Shown: piece by piece, positions 24,248 to 36,362 of the stretch | Layout: each line of letters opens with the position of its first letter | Position numbering within the stretch: the stretch's first letter is position 1 | From: Malacoraja senta | Lineage: Eukaryota | Direction: 5' to 3' | Assembly (NCBI GenBank): GCA_038087875.1 | Contig: CM075999.1 | Location: forward strand, 2,172,001-2,236,000 | DNA: 64,000 bases | Made by a program: the position numbers and the translations under genes | The notes under the pieces: generated by a model | Databases searched by the model: none | Seen by the model: the letters and a program-made list of their open reading frames with translations, nothing else | Told to the model about the DNA's origin: nothing

Positions 24248-24398
24248 GATGTTGTGGGTCGGGACCCTTCTTCAGACTGATTGTAGTAGGGGCTAGACAA
24301 CTGGAAGAGAGGTGGGGGTGAGACAAAGCCTGGCGAGTGATAGGTGGATACGGGTGAGGGGGTTTGATAGGCAGATGGTTGGACAAAGGATAGATGTG

Positions 24399-24723
24399 TT
24401 TTTTTGTTTATTTTATTAGAAGTTAATACAATACAAAACAATACAGTGGCACCTAATTTTAGGTGCCAACTATGTCATAACGTAATGCATTCTATGTACA
24501 ACCTCTAGTTTTATGTTTTTGAAAAGGAGGTAAATAAGAAAAAGAAAAAAAATAGAGAAAAGAAAGAGGAAAAATAAATAGTAAAAAATAGAAAAACGTG
24601 AAGTGTGTATATAAGAAAAGAAAAAATAGAAAGTAGAAATAGTAGAAAAAGACCCTTAAAAAAGAAATTTTCAAATCTTTGTTTGGAGATGTAAATCTAT
24701 CCACGACCTGACCTGAAATCAGT
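24399..24723 (-). mobile_element. L1-clade 3' UTR fragment nested in a Penelope end
   Basis: Poly(T) plus TTTATTAGAAG; 16-bp TSD ACAAAGGATAGATGTG at 24383-24398 and 24724-24739. Confidence 0.78.
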
Positions 24724-24889
24724 ACAAAGGATAGATGTGAAAAGACAAAAGACTGTGAGGTAAGTGTAGAAGGATAATTGGAGAGATCAACGTAAAGGAT
24801 GTACTAGATGACTGCATGGTCCTCTGAACCTCTGTTGTACACTAAGATCAACGTATTTATCGGTCCTAACGAAATCTAGGGTCGGAGGG

Positions 24890-25340
24890 ATCATAAGATC
24901 TTAAGGAATAGGAGCAGAATTAGGCCATTCGGCCCATCAAGTCTACTCAGCCTTTCAATCATGGCTGATCCATCTCTCCGCTCTAACCCCATTCTCCTGC
25001 CTTCTCCCCATAACCCCTGACACCTGTACGAATCAAGAATCTATCTATCTCTGCCTTAAAAACTCTCCACTGATGGCCTTCACCGCCTTTTGTGGCAAAG
25101 AATTCCACGGATTCACCACCCTCTGACTAAAGAAATTCCTCATCATCTCCTTCTTAACAGAACGTCCTTTAATTCTGAGACTGTGACCTCCAGTCCTAGA
25201 CTCTCCCACTAGTGGACACATCCTCTCCACATCCACTCTATCCAGACCTTTCACTATTCTATACATTTCAATGAGATTCCCCCTCACTCTTCCAAACTCC
25301 AGCGAGTACAGGCCCAGTGCCAACAAACTGCTCATCATAT
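24890..25340 (-). mobile_element. CR1 LINE 3' end
   Basis: ORF 25045-25338: [29 protein letters not shown]…GHSLRIKG. Confidence 0.9.
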
Positions 25341-25477
25341 GTTAGGGATTGGGCGGGTAAGTAGATATTATGTACCTGCCGTGATCTTACTGAATGGCAG
25401 AGCGGCTCAATGGGTTCAGTTCTGTTTTAGTTTATTGTCACGTGTACCGAGGTACAGTGAAAAGCCGAACAGCTCAG

Positions 25478-26150
25478 TGGGCAGCGGTAGAGTTGCTGCC
25501 TTACAGCGATTGCAGCGCCAGAGGCCCGGGTTCGAACCCCGACAACGGGTGCTGTCTGTACGGAGTTTGCACATTCTCCCCGTGACCTGCCAGGGATTTC
25601 TCCCAGATCTTCGGTCTCCTCCCACACTCCAAAGACGTACAGGTTTGTAGGTAAATTGGCTTGGTATAAATGTGAAATTGTCCCTAATGTATGTGTAGGG
25701 TAGTGTTAATGTGAGGGGATCGCTGGTCGGTGTGGATCTGGTTTGGCCAAAGAGCCTGCGCCCGCGCTGTATCTCTGAACAATGGGTCCAGTTATCACTC
25801 CTAAAGCTGTCTCATGTCCTTGTAATTAATTTCTGAAAAAAGAAACAAATTCTGGGGCGGCACGGTGGTGCAGCTGGTAGAGCACCTGCCTCACAGCGCC
25901 AGAGACCCCGAGTTCGATCCTGACCTCCGGTGCTGTCGGTGTGGAGTTCGCACGTTCTCCCTGTGGCCACAAGGGTTTCCTCCGGGTGCTCCGGCTTCCT
26001 CCCACATCCCAAAGCCATGCGGGTTTCCGGGTTAAACGGCCCCTCGTGCGTAGGGAGTGGACGGGAAAGTGGGATAACATAGAACTAATGTGAATGGGTG
26101 ATCGGTGGTCGGCCTGGACACGGTGGGCCGAATGGCCTGTTTCCATGCTG
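25478..26150 (+). mobile_element. Two HE1/V-SINE copies (25478-25780; 25855-26150)
   Basis: Each has tRNA-like head, B-box and V-domain; different 3' subfamily bodies. Confidence 0.82.
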
Positions 26151-26848
26151 ATTGGATTGGTCGTATTTTATTTTTATCCTATCAACCCTTGATTTTATAA
26201 AATACATTTGTACTAATGAAAATAAAAATGTATTCATAAATTTGGATAAAATAATTTCGAAATCATGTTTTGGTAAATTGTTTGGCCGTGTAGAGATAAA
26301 ATGGGTGACAAATATGTTTAAAGAAACAATTTTCCAGTTTGGGCTCCTAAATTATATTTAACAGTATTATGGAAGCACAAAGCTGTATTCAGTGATGTTA
26401 ATTGCAATTTAGCAACCCTGTGTTTTCATCCAATTGAATAATTTGCCTTACCTATACTGAATCTCCATTTCATTTCCGAGATAATTAGAAGGGAACAAGA
26501 GTGGCAGTTTCTTAATCTATATAAAAGATTTAATCAGGAATATGCACATATTTTTCATTGATGGCAGAGTGTGGTGGTAATATGTTGCGGGCATGTATTT
26601 CGTTCCACATTGTTTAAAGTGTCTTTCCTTGCCTTGATGCTTATTACACAAGACCATTTTTAATATGTGGAAAGCAATTCTTCTTGTTTTAATAAAATGC
26701 CATGAAGACAGGGATTGAGTGCCTCTTGTGTGAAGCCCTGTGGACTGAGGGGGAAGTCGACGGTTATGGATATGAAGATTAATTTAGAGATACAGCGAGG
26801 AAACGGGCCCTTCAGCCCAGCGATCCCCACACACGGAGGTTAACACCT

Positions 26849-26983
26849 ACACACACACACGCGCGCACACGCGCACACACATACACATACACACACACAC
26901 GTGCGCACGCGCGCGTACACACACACACACACACATACACACACACACGTGCACACACACACACACACATACACACACGTGCT

Positions 26984-27017
<34 letters not shown>

Positions 27018-27320
27018 TACACACACACGTGCGCACGCGCGCACACACATACAAATACACACACACACATGCGCACACGTGCACACACATACACACACGT
27101 GCGCACGCGCGCACATACATACACATACACGCACACACACGTGCGCACACACACACACACATGCACACGCACACGTACACACACGCACACTGACACACAC
27201 ATGCACACATACACACACACGCACATGCACACGTACACACACGCACACTGACACACACACGCACACATACACGCACATGCACACGCGCACACACACACAC
27301 TGACACACACACACACACAC
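26849..27320. repeat. Compound (CA)n/(CG)/(TA) purine-pyrimidine microsatellite expanded inside an HE1 SINE
   Basis: ~470 bp of near-continuous RY alternation; SINE sequence on both sides (GATACAGCG…CCCAGCGATCCCC / GACAATTTTACATT). Confidence 0.95.
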
Positions 27321-28332
27321 GACAATTTTACATTCATACCAAGCCTACAATCGCTCCACACTCTCAAATCTCTACTCCTATGGCAACATCTCTTGACCTT
27401 GCACTAAACGTTATTCCCTTATCATGTATCTATCTATACACTATAAACGGCTCGATTGTTATCATCGTGTGTGACAAATGGATAAGAAAGTGGGAGAATA
27501 CAGAACCAGTGTGAATGGGTGATCGATGGTCGACGTGGACTCGGTGGGCCGAAGGGCCAGATTCCATGCTGTATCTCTAAAATGAAAAGTTAGTCTCTTT
27601 ATCATGTGTCTGTACACTGCGTATGACTCGATTGTAATCACGTACTGTCTGCTGGCTGGTTAGCACGCAACTGTCTTTCTGCTGGCTGGTACACGTGACA
27701 ATAAATTAAACTGAAACCTCTCTTTGGCCGAAGTGTTCTCTTTCCCAGTTGGAGCAGAATAATAGATTATTGTCGTAAACTGTCCAGTTCCCGTTGGACA
27801 CTTTCCAAAACTCTCCTGCCTTATACTTTAAACTAATTCAAATAAATAGCATTTGCCAAGTTTCCCTCTTTTGCTTTCTGACCCGATAAATTTCTATTAG
27901 TGATGTTCGGCACCTGTATCTTTCTTCCATTTCATACCTTCATTCCTCAGATTGAAGATTACACCAGCCATTCTATCTCGGAGGGAGGAATAACCTCATC
28001 TAAATTCCAGGCTATTTCACGCAGATATGCACACTATAAATGATATAAAGATTAGTGCTTAAAAAAAAAAAGGATCAATACCTGTGATTCTTAAAGAGAA
28101 ATTATTAAGTCTCGAATGAAACCCATGGGCTGCTGATCAGAGACGATATCTTTAAGGGTGTTCTCCCTGACCTTGCTGAAGAGGGGTGCAGATGTACGGA
28201 GACACAAGATCGACACAAAAAGCTGGAATAACTCAGCAGGTCAGACAGCATCTTTGGAGAAAAGGAATAGGTGACGTTTTGGGTCAAGACCCTTCTTCAG
28301 ACACAAGGATTGATTGCCTCTGCCAGCATCTG

Positions 28333-28685
28333 CCTGGATAGAGTGGATGTGGAGAGGATGTGTCCACTAGTGGGAGAGTCTAGGACCAGAGGTCACAGCC
28401 TCAGAATTAAAGGACGTTCCTTTAGAAAGATGAGGAGGAATTTCTTTAGTCAGAGGGTGGTGAATCTACGGAATTCATTGCCGCAGAAGGCTGTGGAGGC
28501 CAAGTCAATGGATATTTTTAAGGTAGAGATAGATAGATTCTTGATTAGTGTGGGTGTCAGAGGTTATGGGGAAAAGGCAGGAGAATGGGATTAAGAGGGA
28601 GAGATAGATCAGAACTGATTGAATGGCGGAGTAGACTTGATGGGCCGAATGGCCGAATTCTCCTCCAAGAATTAATGAACTTATG
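28333..28685 (+). mobile_element. CR1 LINE 3' end
   Basis: LDRVDVERMCPLVGESRTRGHSLRIKG…FFSQRVVNL. Confidence 0.9.
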
Positions 28686-28706
28686 AAAACATCCTCCAAC
28701 ATAACA

Positions 28707-29130
28707 AAATGAATCGCCCAGTCCATCATCGGCTCTGACCTCCCCACCATCGAGGGGATCTATCGCAGTCGCTGCCTCAAAAAGGCTGGCAGTATCATCA
28801 AGGACCCACACCATCCTGGCCACACACTCATCTCCCCGCTACCTTCAGGTAGAAGGTACAGGAGCCTGAAATCTGCAACATCCAGGTTCAGGAACAGCCA
28901 CTTCCCCACAGCCATCAGGCCATTAAACTCAACTCAAACAAACATCTGAACTTTAATAGCCTATTGCACTTTAAATGCTTATTCATGTGTGTGTATATAT
29001 TTATACAATGGTATATGGACACACTGATGTGTTCTGTATTCATGTCTACTATGTTCTGTTGTGCTGAAGCAAAGCAAGAATTTCATTGTCCTATCTGTGA
29101 CACATGACAATAAACTCTCTCGAACCCTTG
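28707..29130 (+). mobile_element. Rex1/Babar LINE 3' end, same subfamily as 1308-2208
   Basis: AQSIIGSDLPTIEGIY.SRCLKKAGSIIKDPHHPGHTL…LPSGRRYRSL; near-identical 3' UTR. Confidence 0.9.
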
Positions 29131-31519
29131 AAATATAACACCCATACACTATTTTGATCCTACACACCAGGGACAATTTTTTTTACAATTTGCAGAAGCT
29201 CATTAACCTACAAACCTGTACATCGTTGGAGTGTGGGAGGAAACTGGGGCACCTGGAGAAAACCCACGCAGGCCACTGGGAGAATGTTCAAACTCTACAC
29301 AGACAGCACCCGTAGTCAGGATCGAACCTGGGTCTCTGGCGCTGTGAGGCAGGGACTCTACCGCTGCACCACTGTGCCGCCCAGATTTGACAAAAGCAAG
29401 CACAAAAATAAAGGCATTATCACGATCCCAGTGAAGAGCGCTGTATTGTTGCTTGTGTCTCATGCTTTATATTTGAAATCGCGGGGAAAACAATGTTGAC
29501 AAAATGGCTTTGGCTGCAGTTCAAGCTAATATTTTGCTCAAGCAATTAAATATGTTTCAGTTATGTTTGCTGAGCTTGTTACATGCCATATTGGCGTCGA
29601 ACGTTACAGACACAGTAATTGCACCATTTGCATGGTTTTCTTGGACTGGCGGACTCAGTCTGGGAAGCATTTGTTCAATGAGAAAAGGTTATCTCGGACT
29701 TTGTGCTGAAATTTGATTTTAAGGCCAATTTTTCGCATGGACGGGATTAGAATATCTTTGCAGAGTTACAGCAAGCCAAAATTAATTAACAATCAGATTA
29801 TAACAGAGCACTTTGCAAAAGATGACCATAATATGATTGAGTTCGACGTTTGTGTATGAAATGAAAGGCTTTTGCGTGGTTTTAAATATAAACAAGGCAA
29901 ATGTCTGGTGTATTAAGCAATGGCTGACGACATTAAACTGAGCACGTGTTATTGGATCCTTGGGGTGACCTTGCTGCATCAGTCTGAAGAAGGGTCTCGA
30001 TCCGAAACGTCGCTTATTCCCTCGCTTCATAGATGCTGCCTCACCCGCTGAGTTTCTCCAGCATATTTGTCTACCTTTGCTATATATCTCTCTATATCTT
30101 TTTTCTATATCTCTACAGATCAATACAGGGAACCAAGAGATATTGACGTCTTTTTCTCCCATTTCCCTTTCCCGAGACTCTCAGTCTGACGAAGGGCCTC
30201 GACTCGAAACGTTACTCCAGCATTTTATGTCTCTCTCTGTTGATGATGTTGGATTAGGTGGCATCAGCTAGAGGGAGAGGCTGGGCGGTGCGGACTCAGT
30301 GGGCCGAAGGGCCTGTTGCTGTGCTGTATCTCTGGACTAAACAAAACAAGATGCTAGCAAAACATAAAGTGCTGGAAGAACTCAGCGGGTCAGGCAGCAT
30401 CTGTGGACAGAGATGGAAAGATAACATTTTGGGTTGGGACCCTTCACAGCCTGATGATTGCTCAACCATTTCAATGTTAAACCCAACATTAATTGTGAAG
30501 GCATTTAAATACTTCAAATCTCTTAAAATGTGTATAATTTCAGTGGGGAAAACTAGGTTTCAAGTTGAAAGTAACTGTTGTCAAAGTGGAGTTTGAACTA
30601 CCTGCCAAACTAATTGTGTTGAAGAGCAAAATAGGATTATCAATTAATTGAGCATTATGAAACAAAAAACTCTCTTTAAAACAAAAATTCCAACATGGGA
30701 ATATTATTATTTTTCATGCAACTAGACCTATCTGTTGCTAGCATTTAGAGAAAAAGTTGGAATTAATTTTATGCAGTATATGGAAATAGCTAAAATGGAT
30801 CTTAAAAATCATGTCCCATGTAATGTCCTATCACAGCAACCTGTAAGCATACAAATAGAAATTATATATTTTTAATCTAGCTATCTGATAAAAATTTATT
30901 TCATGATCTCAATAAACCAAAGTTCATTTGGCATCTGCACAATGCGTCACAGCGCTAAATAACTCAAAATTCTATTCCAGCTACAATTACTAAAAATATC
31001 AGTAAGATTAGCATTTAGCAGATTGACTCATAGTTTCAGTTGATTGCTCCAGTCTCTGTCTGACTTCCACTGACATGGGAAGTTCTACCATACATCGGCA
31101 CAAAATGCTGGAGTAACTCAGCGGGACAGGCAGCATCTCTGGAGAGAGGGAATGGGTGACGTTTCGGGTCAAGACCCTTCTACAATACATGTTGAACACT
31201 AGGCACACGTTCGATTTGGGGTTTTGTGAGATTTGTGGACTGTGGAGTTTGGGATGGAGAACACTGTGTCCATCGTACAGATGACGCGGTATGTATCAGG
31301 AACGAGCTGCCAGAGGAAGTGGTTGAGGCAGGTACCACAACAAAGTGTAAAAGAGAAGTGTAAAATAGATACGTGGACTGGAAAGGTTTTTAGGGATATA
31401 TGCGTTAGATGCAGGATATTGGAACTAGCTTAGAAAGGCCTGGATCTTTTGTCTACTCTTGTGAGATCACCAGGAACTTCACGTCACATCTTGATGGAAG
31501 TATCTCCAACAGTGCATTC

Positions 31520-32010
31520 AGTTTAGAAAAATGAAGGGGGGAGACCTCATTGAAACTTACCGAATAGTGAAAGGCCTGGATAGAGTGGATGTGGAGAGGA
31601 TGTTTCCACTGGTGGGAGAGTCTAGGACCAGAGGCCATAGCCTCAGAATAAAGGGACATGCCTTTAGAAAGGAGATGAGGAGGAATTTCTTTAGTCAGAG
31701 AGTGGTGAATCTGTGGAATTTATTGCCATAATCAGCTGTGGAGGCCATGTCAGTGGATAATAGACAATAGACAATAGGTGCAAGAGTAGGCCATTTGGCC
31801 CTTCGAGCCAGCACCGTGATCATGGCTGATCATCCCCAATCAGTACCCCGTTCCTGCCTTCTCCCCATATCCCCTGACTCCGCTATTTTTAAGAGCCCTA
31901 TCTAGCTCTCTCTTGAAAGCATCCAGAGAACCGGCCTCCACCGTCCTCTGAGGCCGATAGTTTTAAGGCGGAGTTTGACAGATTCTTGGTTCGTACAGGT
32001 GTCAGGTGTC
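31520..32010 (+). mobile_element. CR1 3' end with a second, antisense CR1 stub nested (31759-31955)
   Basis: GDLIETYRIVKGLDRVDVERMFP…; interrupted at GTGGATA by (TAGACAA)n tail and resumes at TTTTAAGGCGGAG. Confidence 0.85.
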
Positions 32011-32404
32011 ACCTTATCCAGACAGTGCTATTTCTCGATAGAAACATAAAGAGGGAGATCAAGGAACGGCCGGGATGTGCAATACTTACTTCCACCCATT
32101 TTCACGGCGGAAGATAATTGGAAAATAGCACATCTAGAACAAACTCTGCAATTAACTTTGATAGAGAGTGACGCACATGCTAAAGCAAGCCTCGCAACAG
32201 TTCCACATCTTTAACACTACCTGGCCAGATGAACTCCACATTCAAGTACCAACGTGATGGATGATCGCTGAGTCAAAAACCTTGCTGACACCAACTGCTG
32301 CCTCCCATTTTCTTTAATGGCACCTGATTCATTGCTGTCTCCCCACAGCTAATGTTGCTACAGGTGTCTCCAATTTCTCAGCTCATCTCCTGAATTATTC
32401 AGTA

Positions 32405-32678
32405 TGTGTTGGGAGGAACTGCAGATGCTGGTTTGAACCAAAGATAGACACAAAAGGCCGGAGTAACTCAGCGGGACAGGCAGCATCTCTGGATTGAAGG
32501 AACGGGTGACGTTTCGGGTCGAGACCCTTCTTCAGACTGTCACAATATACTAGTACCATGACTTCTATGATCCTCTGACACTCAGTCTGAAGAAAGGTCT
32601 CAACCTAAAACCTCACTTATTCTTTTTCTCCAGAGATGCTGTCTGTCCCGCTGAGTTACTCCAGCATTTTGTGTCTAT
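32405..32678. mobile_element. Fold-back Penelope-derived insertion with two opposed hammerhead-like motifs
   Basis: GACGTTTCGGGTCGAGACCCTTCTTCAG…CTGAAGAAAGGTCTCAACC; direct repeat TCCTGAATTATT on both sides. Confidence 0.78.
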
Positions 32679-33195
32679 CCTGAATTATTGAACAAGGCAG
32701 TAATATCCGTGGTCTGTAATTCCCAAGAGGGACAGTTGTCACGTGACTGCCCAAGTCATGTAGGAATTGAACTAATCATCTGGAAACGCAAGTTTTAGCT
32801 GGAAAAATTCAACTTGTTTCAGCCAATCACACTAGAATTAAAAAGTTAGTGTTCGTAATGTTAGCGGTGAAAATTCTGTTTTCATAGAAATATCTTGGTC
32901 ACAACATTGTACAGCACGGAAACAGGCCGATCGTTCCAACCTGCCCAACATCCATCCTATCAACGGCCCAATATCACCTCAGAATCAACCAAATGTCTTC
33001 CATTGAAGTTAGACACAAAATGCTGGTGGGTTATGGGCCAAGCGCAGGCAAGTGGGACTAGGGTAGCTGGGACATTGTTGGCCGGTGTGGGCGAGTTGGG
33101 CCGAAGGGCCTGTTTCCACACTGTATCACTCTATGACTCTTCTAACTCAGCATCTCTGGAGAGAAGGAATGGGAGGAAATGTCCTCCATTCATCT

Positions 33196-33555
33196 GTGTA
33201 CAAAATCATGAGTGGAATAGATCGGGTAGACGCACAGAGTCTCTTGCCCAGAGATAGGACATCGAGAACCAGAAGGCATAGGTTTAAGGTGAGGAGGGAA
33301 AGATTTGTTAGGAACCTAAGGGGTAACCTTTTCACACAAAGGGTGGTGGGTGTATGGAACAAGCTGCCGGAGGAGGTAGTTGAGGCAGGGACCATCCCGG
33401 TGTTTAAGAAACAGTTGGAGAGGCACATGGATAGGGCAGGTTTGGAGGGATTTAGGCCAAACGCAGGCAGGTGGAACTAGTGTAGGTGCGACATATAGGC
33501 CGGTATGGGCTAGATGGGGCGAAAGGCCTGTTTCTATGCTGTATGACTATGACTG
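33196..33555 (+). mobile_element. CR1 LINE 3' end (HE1-partner subfamily)
   Basis: VYKIMSGIDRVDAQSLLPR…FTQRVVGVWNKLPEEVVEAG. Confidence 0.88.
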
Positions 33556-34327
33556 AGCTACAGTCTTAAAATCAACTCTCAAAGAGTCATGTTGCATGCC
33601 GCATCTAAATGCACATTAATATAACATCAGGTATAAAGGATGCTGGGACTAGTTTAGCTGGGACATGTAGGCCGGCGTGGGCAAGTCGGGCCGAAGGGCC
33701 TGTTTTCGCGCTGTGTGACTCTATGACCTTCTGGAATCATCAGAATGTACAACATAACACATCAGAAATGAATAATGCAGGCTGCATTGTTAGATTAATA
33801 TTGTGGGATTTTGCAAGTTACATTGGGTCACAAGCAGCTCTGTGAGGGCTCTTTTAACTCCAGTGAGAAGTGATTAACTATAAGGGATTTATTCTTAATT
33901 ATTCACCTCCCTGAGGAAAATGAATACGTTCTGAGGCCCAGGAAGTTTGTTGCAGGAAGGAATAGACTTCATTGGTCTGAACCTATTTTCTCTTTGATTC
34001 TGTGCGTGCGTGCGTGCGTGCGTGCGTGCGTGTGTGTTTTCTCTAAGTACCCGCTGCTGTATATTTGGCTCACGTTTCAGAATGTTTCAGTAGGTTTAGA
34101 TTTAGCTCTTAGGGCTAAAGGAATCAAGGGATACGGGGAAAATGCAGGAACGGGGTACTGATTTTAGATGATCAGCCATTATCATATTGAGTGACGGTGC
34201 TGGCTCGAAGGGGCCGAATGGCCTACTCCTCCTGCACCGATGTTTCTATGTAAAAACCTTCATTAGTTAAGTGGAGCCAAACAACACAGACCTTTGATCT
34301 CCAACGACCCAAGCTTTGCTGGATACT

Positions 34328-34860
34328 GTTTGTTTAGTTTAGTTTAGAGATACAGCGCGGAAACAGGCCCTTCGGCCCACCGAATCCGTGCCGACTAGCG
34401 ATCCCCGCGCACTAACACTAATCGACACACACTAGGGACAATTTACCATTATACCAAGCCAATTAGCCTACAAACCTGCACATCTTTGCAGTGTGGGAGG
34501 AGACCGAAGATCGCGGAGGGTTTCTGGGTGCTCCGGTCGGGCAGCACGGTGGCGCAGCGCTAGAGTTTCTGCCTTACAGTGCTCGCAGCGCCAGAGACAC
34601 GGGTTCGATCCCGACTACGGGCGCTGTCTGTACGGAGTTTGTACGTTCTCCCCGTGACCTGCTTGGGTTTCCCCCGAGATCTTCGGTTTCCTCCCACGCT
34701 CCAAAGACGTGCAGGTTTGCAGGTTAATTGGCTTGGTACAAATGTAAAATTGTCCCTAGTGTGTGTCGGGCAGTGTTAATGTGCGGGGGGATCGCTGGTC
34801 GACGTGGACTTGGTGGGCCGATGGGCCTGTTTCTGCACTGTATCTCCAAACTAAAGTAAA
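34328..34860. mobile_element. Two HE1 SINEs in divergent orientation (34328-34515 minus; 34539-34860 plus)
   Basis: Tails point outwards on both sides; V-domains on opposite strands. Confidence 0.82.
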
Positions 34861-35140
34861 GGCCTTGGACTTTGAGGTGTGTGTGTGTCTGGTCAGACTA
34901 AAACACAGCTCCCCACGGTAATGTTTGATTTTGAAACGCTCGCCAAGGCTTTTATTTCCCGTCTCACGGCAGATTTTCTGCCGAAGTGAATCATCTAATA
35001 ACGGGGAAGGTCGTTTTCCTCAACCAGGCAGCAGTGAGGAGGCAGAGAGACATTATCATCCATCCTGGGAACGGCCCATTGTCACCTCAATGGAAAAGCA
35101 AATGTCCATCCATCTCCAGCTTAAATAAAAACACCTGCAG

Positions 35141-35372
35141 ATGGACACAAAATGCTGGAGTAACTCAGCGGGACAGGCAGCATCTCTGGTGAGAAGGAAT
35201 AAATGGGCGACGTTTCAGGTCGAGACCCTTCTTCAGACTGATGTCAGGGGAGTGGGCAGTGCAGAGATAGAATGTAGTCGGAGACAGTAAGACTGGTGGG
35301 AGAACTGAAGGGGGAGGGGATGGAGAGAGAGGAAGCAAGGGCCACTTGAAGTTAGAGAAGTCAACGGTCATG
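35141..35372 (-). mobile_element. Penelope-like 3' terminal repeat
   Basis: Near-identical to 35971-36200. Confidence 0.8.
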
Positions 35373-35970
35373 TAGACAATAGACAATAGACAATAGGTGC
35401 AGGAGTAGGCCATTTGACCCTTTGAGCCAGCACCGCCATTCAATGTGATCATGGCTGATCATCCCCAATCAGTACCCCGTTCCTGCCTTCTCCCCATATC
35501 CCCTGACTCTGCTATTTTTAAGAGCCCTATCTAACTCTCTCTTCAAAGTATCCAGAGAACCTGCCTCCACCGCCCTCTGAGGCAGAGAATTCCACAGACT
35601 CACCACTCTCTGTGAGAAAAAGTGTTTCCTCGTCTCCGTTCTAAATGGCTTATTTCTTATTCTTAAACTGTGGCCCCTGGTTCTGGACTCCCCCAACATC
35701 AGGAACATATTTCCTGTATCTTGCGTGTCCAAACCCTTAACAATTTTATATGTTTCAATGAGATACCCTCTCATCCTTCTAAACTCCAGAGTGTACAAGC
35801 CCAGACGCTCCATTCTCTCAGCATATGACAGTCCCGCCATCCTGGGAATTCACCTTGTAAACCTACGCTGCACTCCCTGAATAGCAACAATGTCCTTCCT
35901 CAAATTAGGGGACCAAAACTGCACACAATACTCCAGGTGTGGTCTCACTAGGGCTCTGTACAACTGCAGA
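35373..35970 (-). mobile_element. CR1 LINE ORF2 C-terminus plus 3' UTR
   Basis: [19 protein letters not shown]…[33 protein letters not shown]…. Confidence 0.92.
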
Positions 35971-36362
35971 AGATAGACACAAAATGCTGGAGTAACTCAG
36001 CGGGACAGGCAGCATCTCTGGTGAGAAGGAATAAATGGGCGACGTTTCAGGTCGAGACCCTTCTTCAGACTGATGTCAGGGGAGTGGGCAGTGCAGAGAT
36101 AGAATGTAGTCGGAGACAGTAAGACTGGTGGGAGAACAGTGAAGGGGGAGGGGATGGAGAGAGAGGGGAAGGAAGGGCCACTTGAAGTTAGAGGTCAATG
36201 TTCATACCGCTGGGGTGTAAGCTGCACAAGTGAAATATGAGGTGCTGTTCCTCCAATTTGCGCTGGGCCTCACTCTGACAATGGAGGAGGCCCAGGACAG
36301 AAAGGTCAGTGTGGGAATGGGAGGGGGAGTTGAAGTGTGGAGCAACCGGGAGGTCAGGTTGG
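35971..36362 (-). mobile_element. Penelope-like element 3' end with GIY-YIG endonuclease C-terminus
   Basis: Minus strand reads QPDLPVAPHFNSPSHSHTDLSVLGLLHCQSEAQRKLEEQHLIFHLCSLHPSGMNID, followed by the CTGAAGA…GAAACGTC motif. Confidence 0.88.

Noticed and set aside
26840..27367. Long Cys/Val and His/Thr ORFs
   Set aside because: Translations of a (CA)n-type microsatellite.
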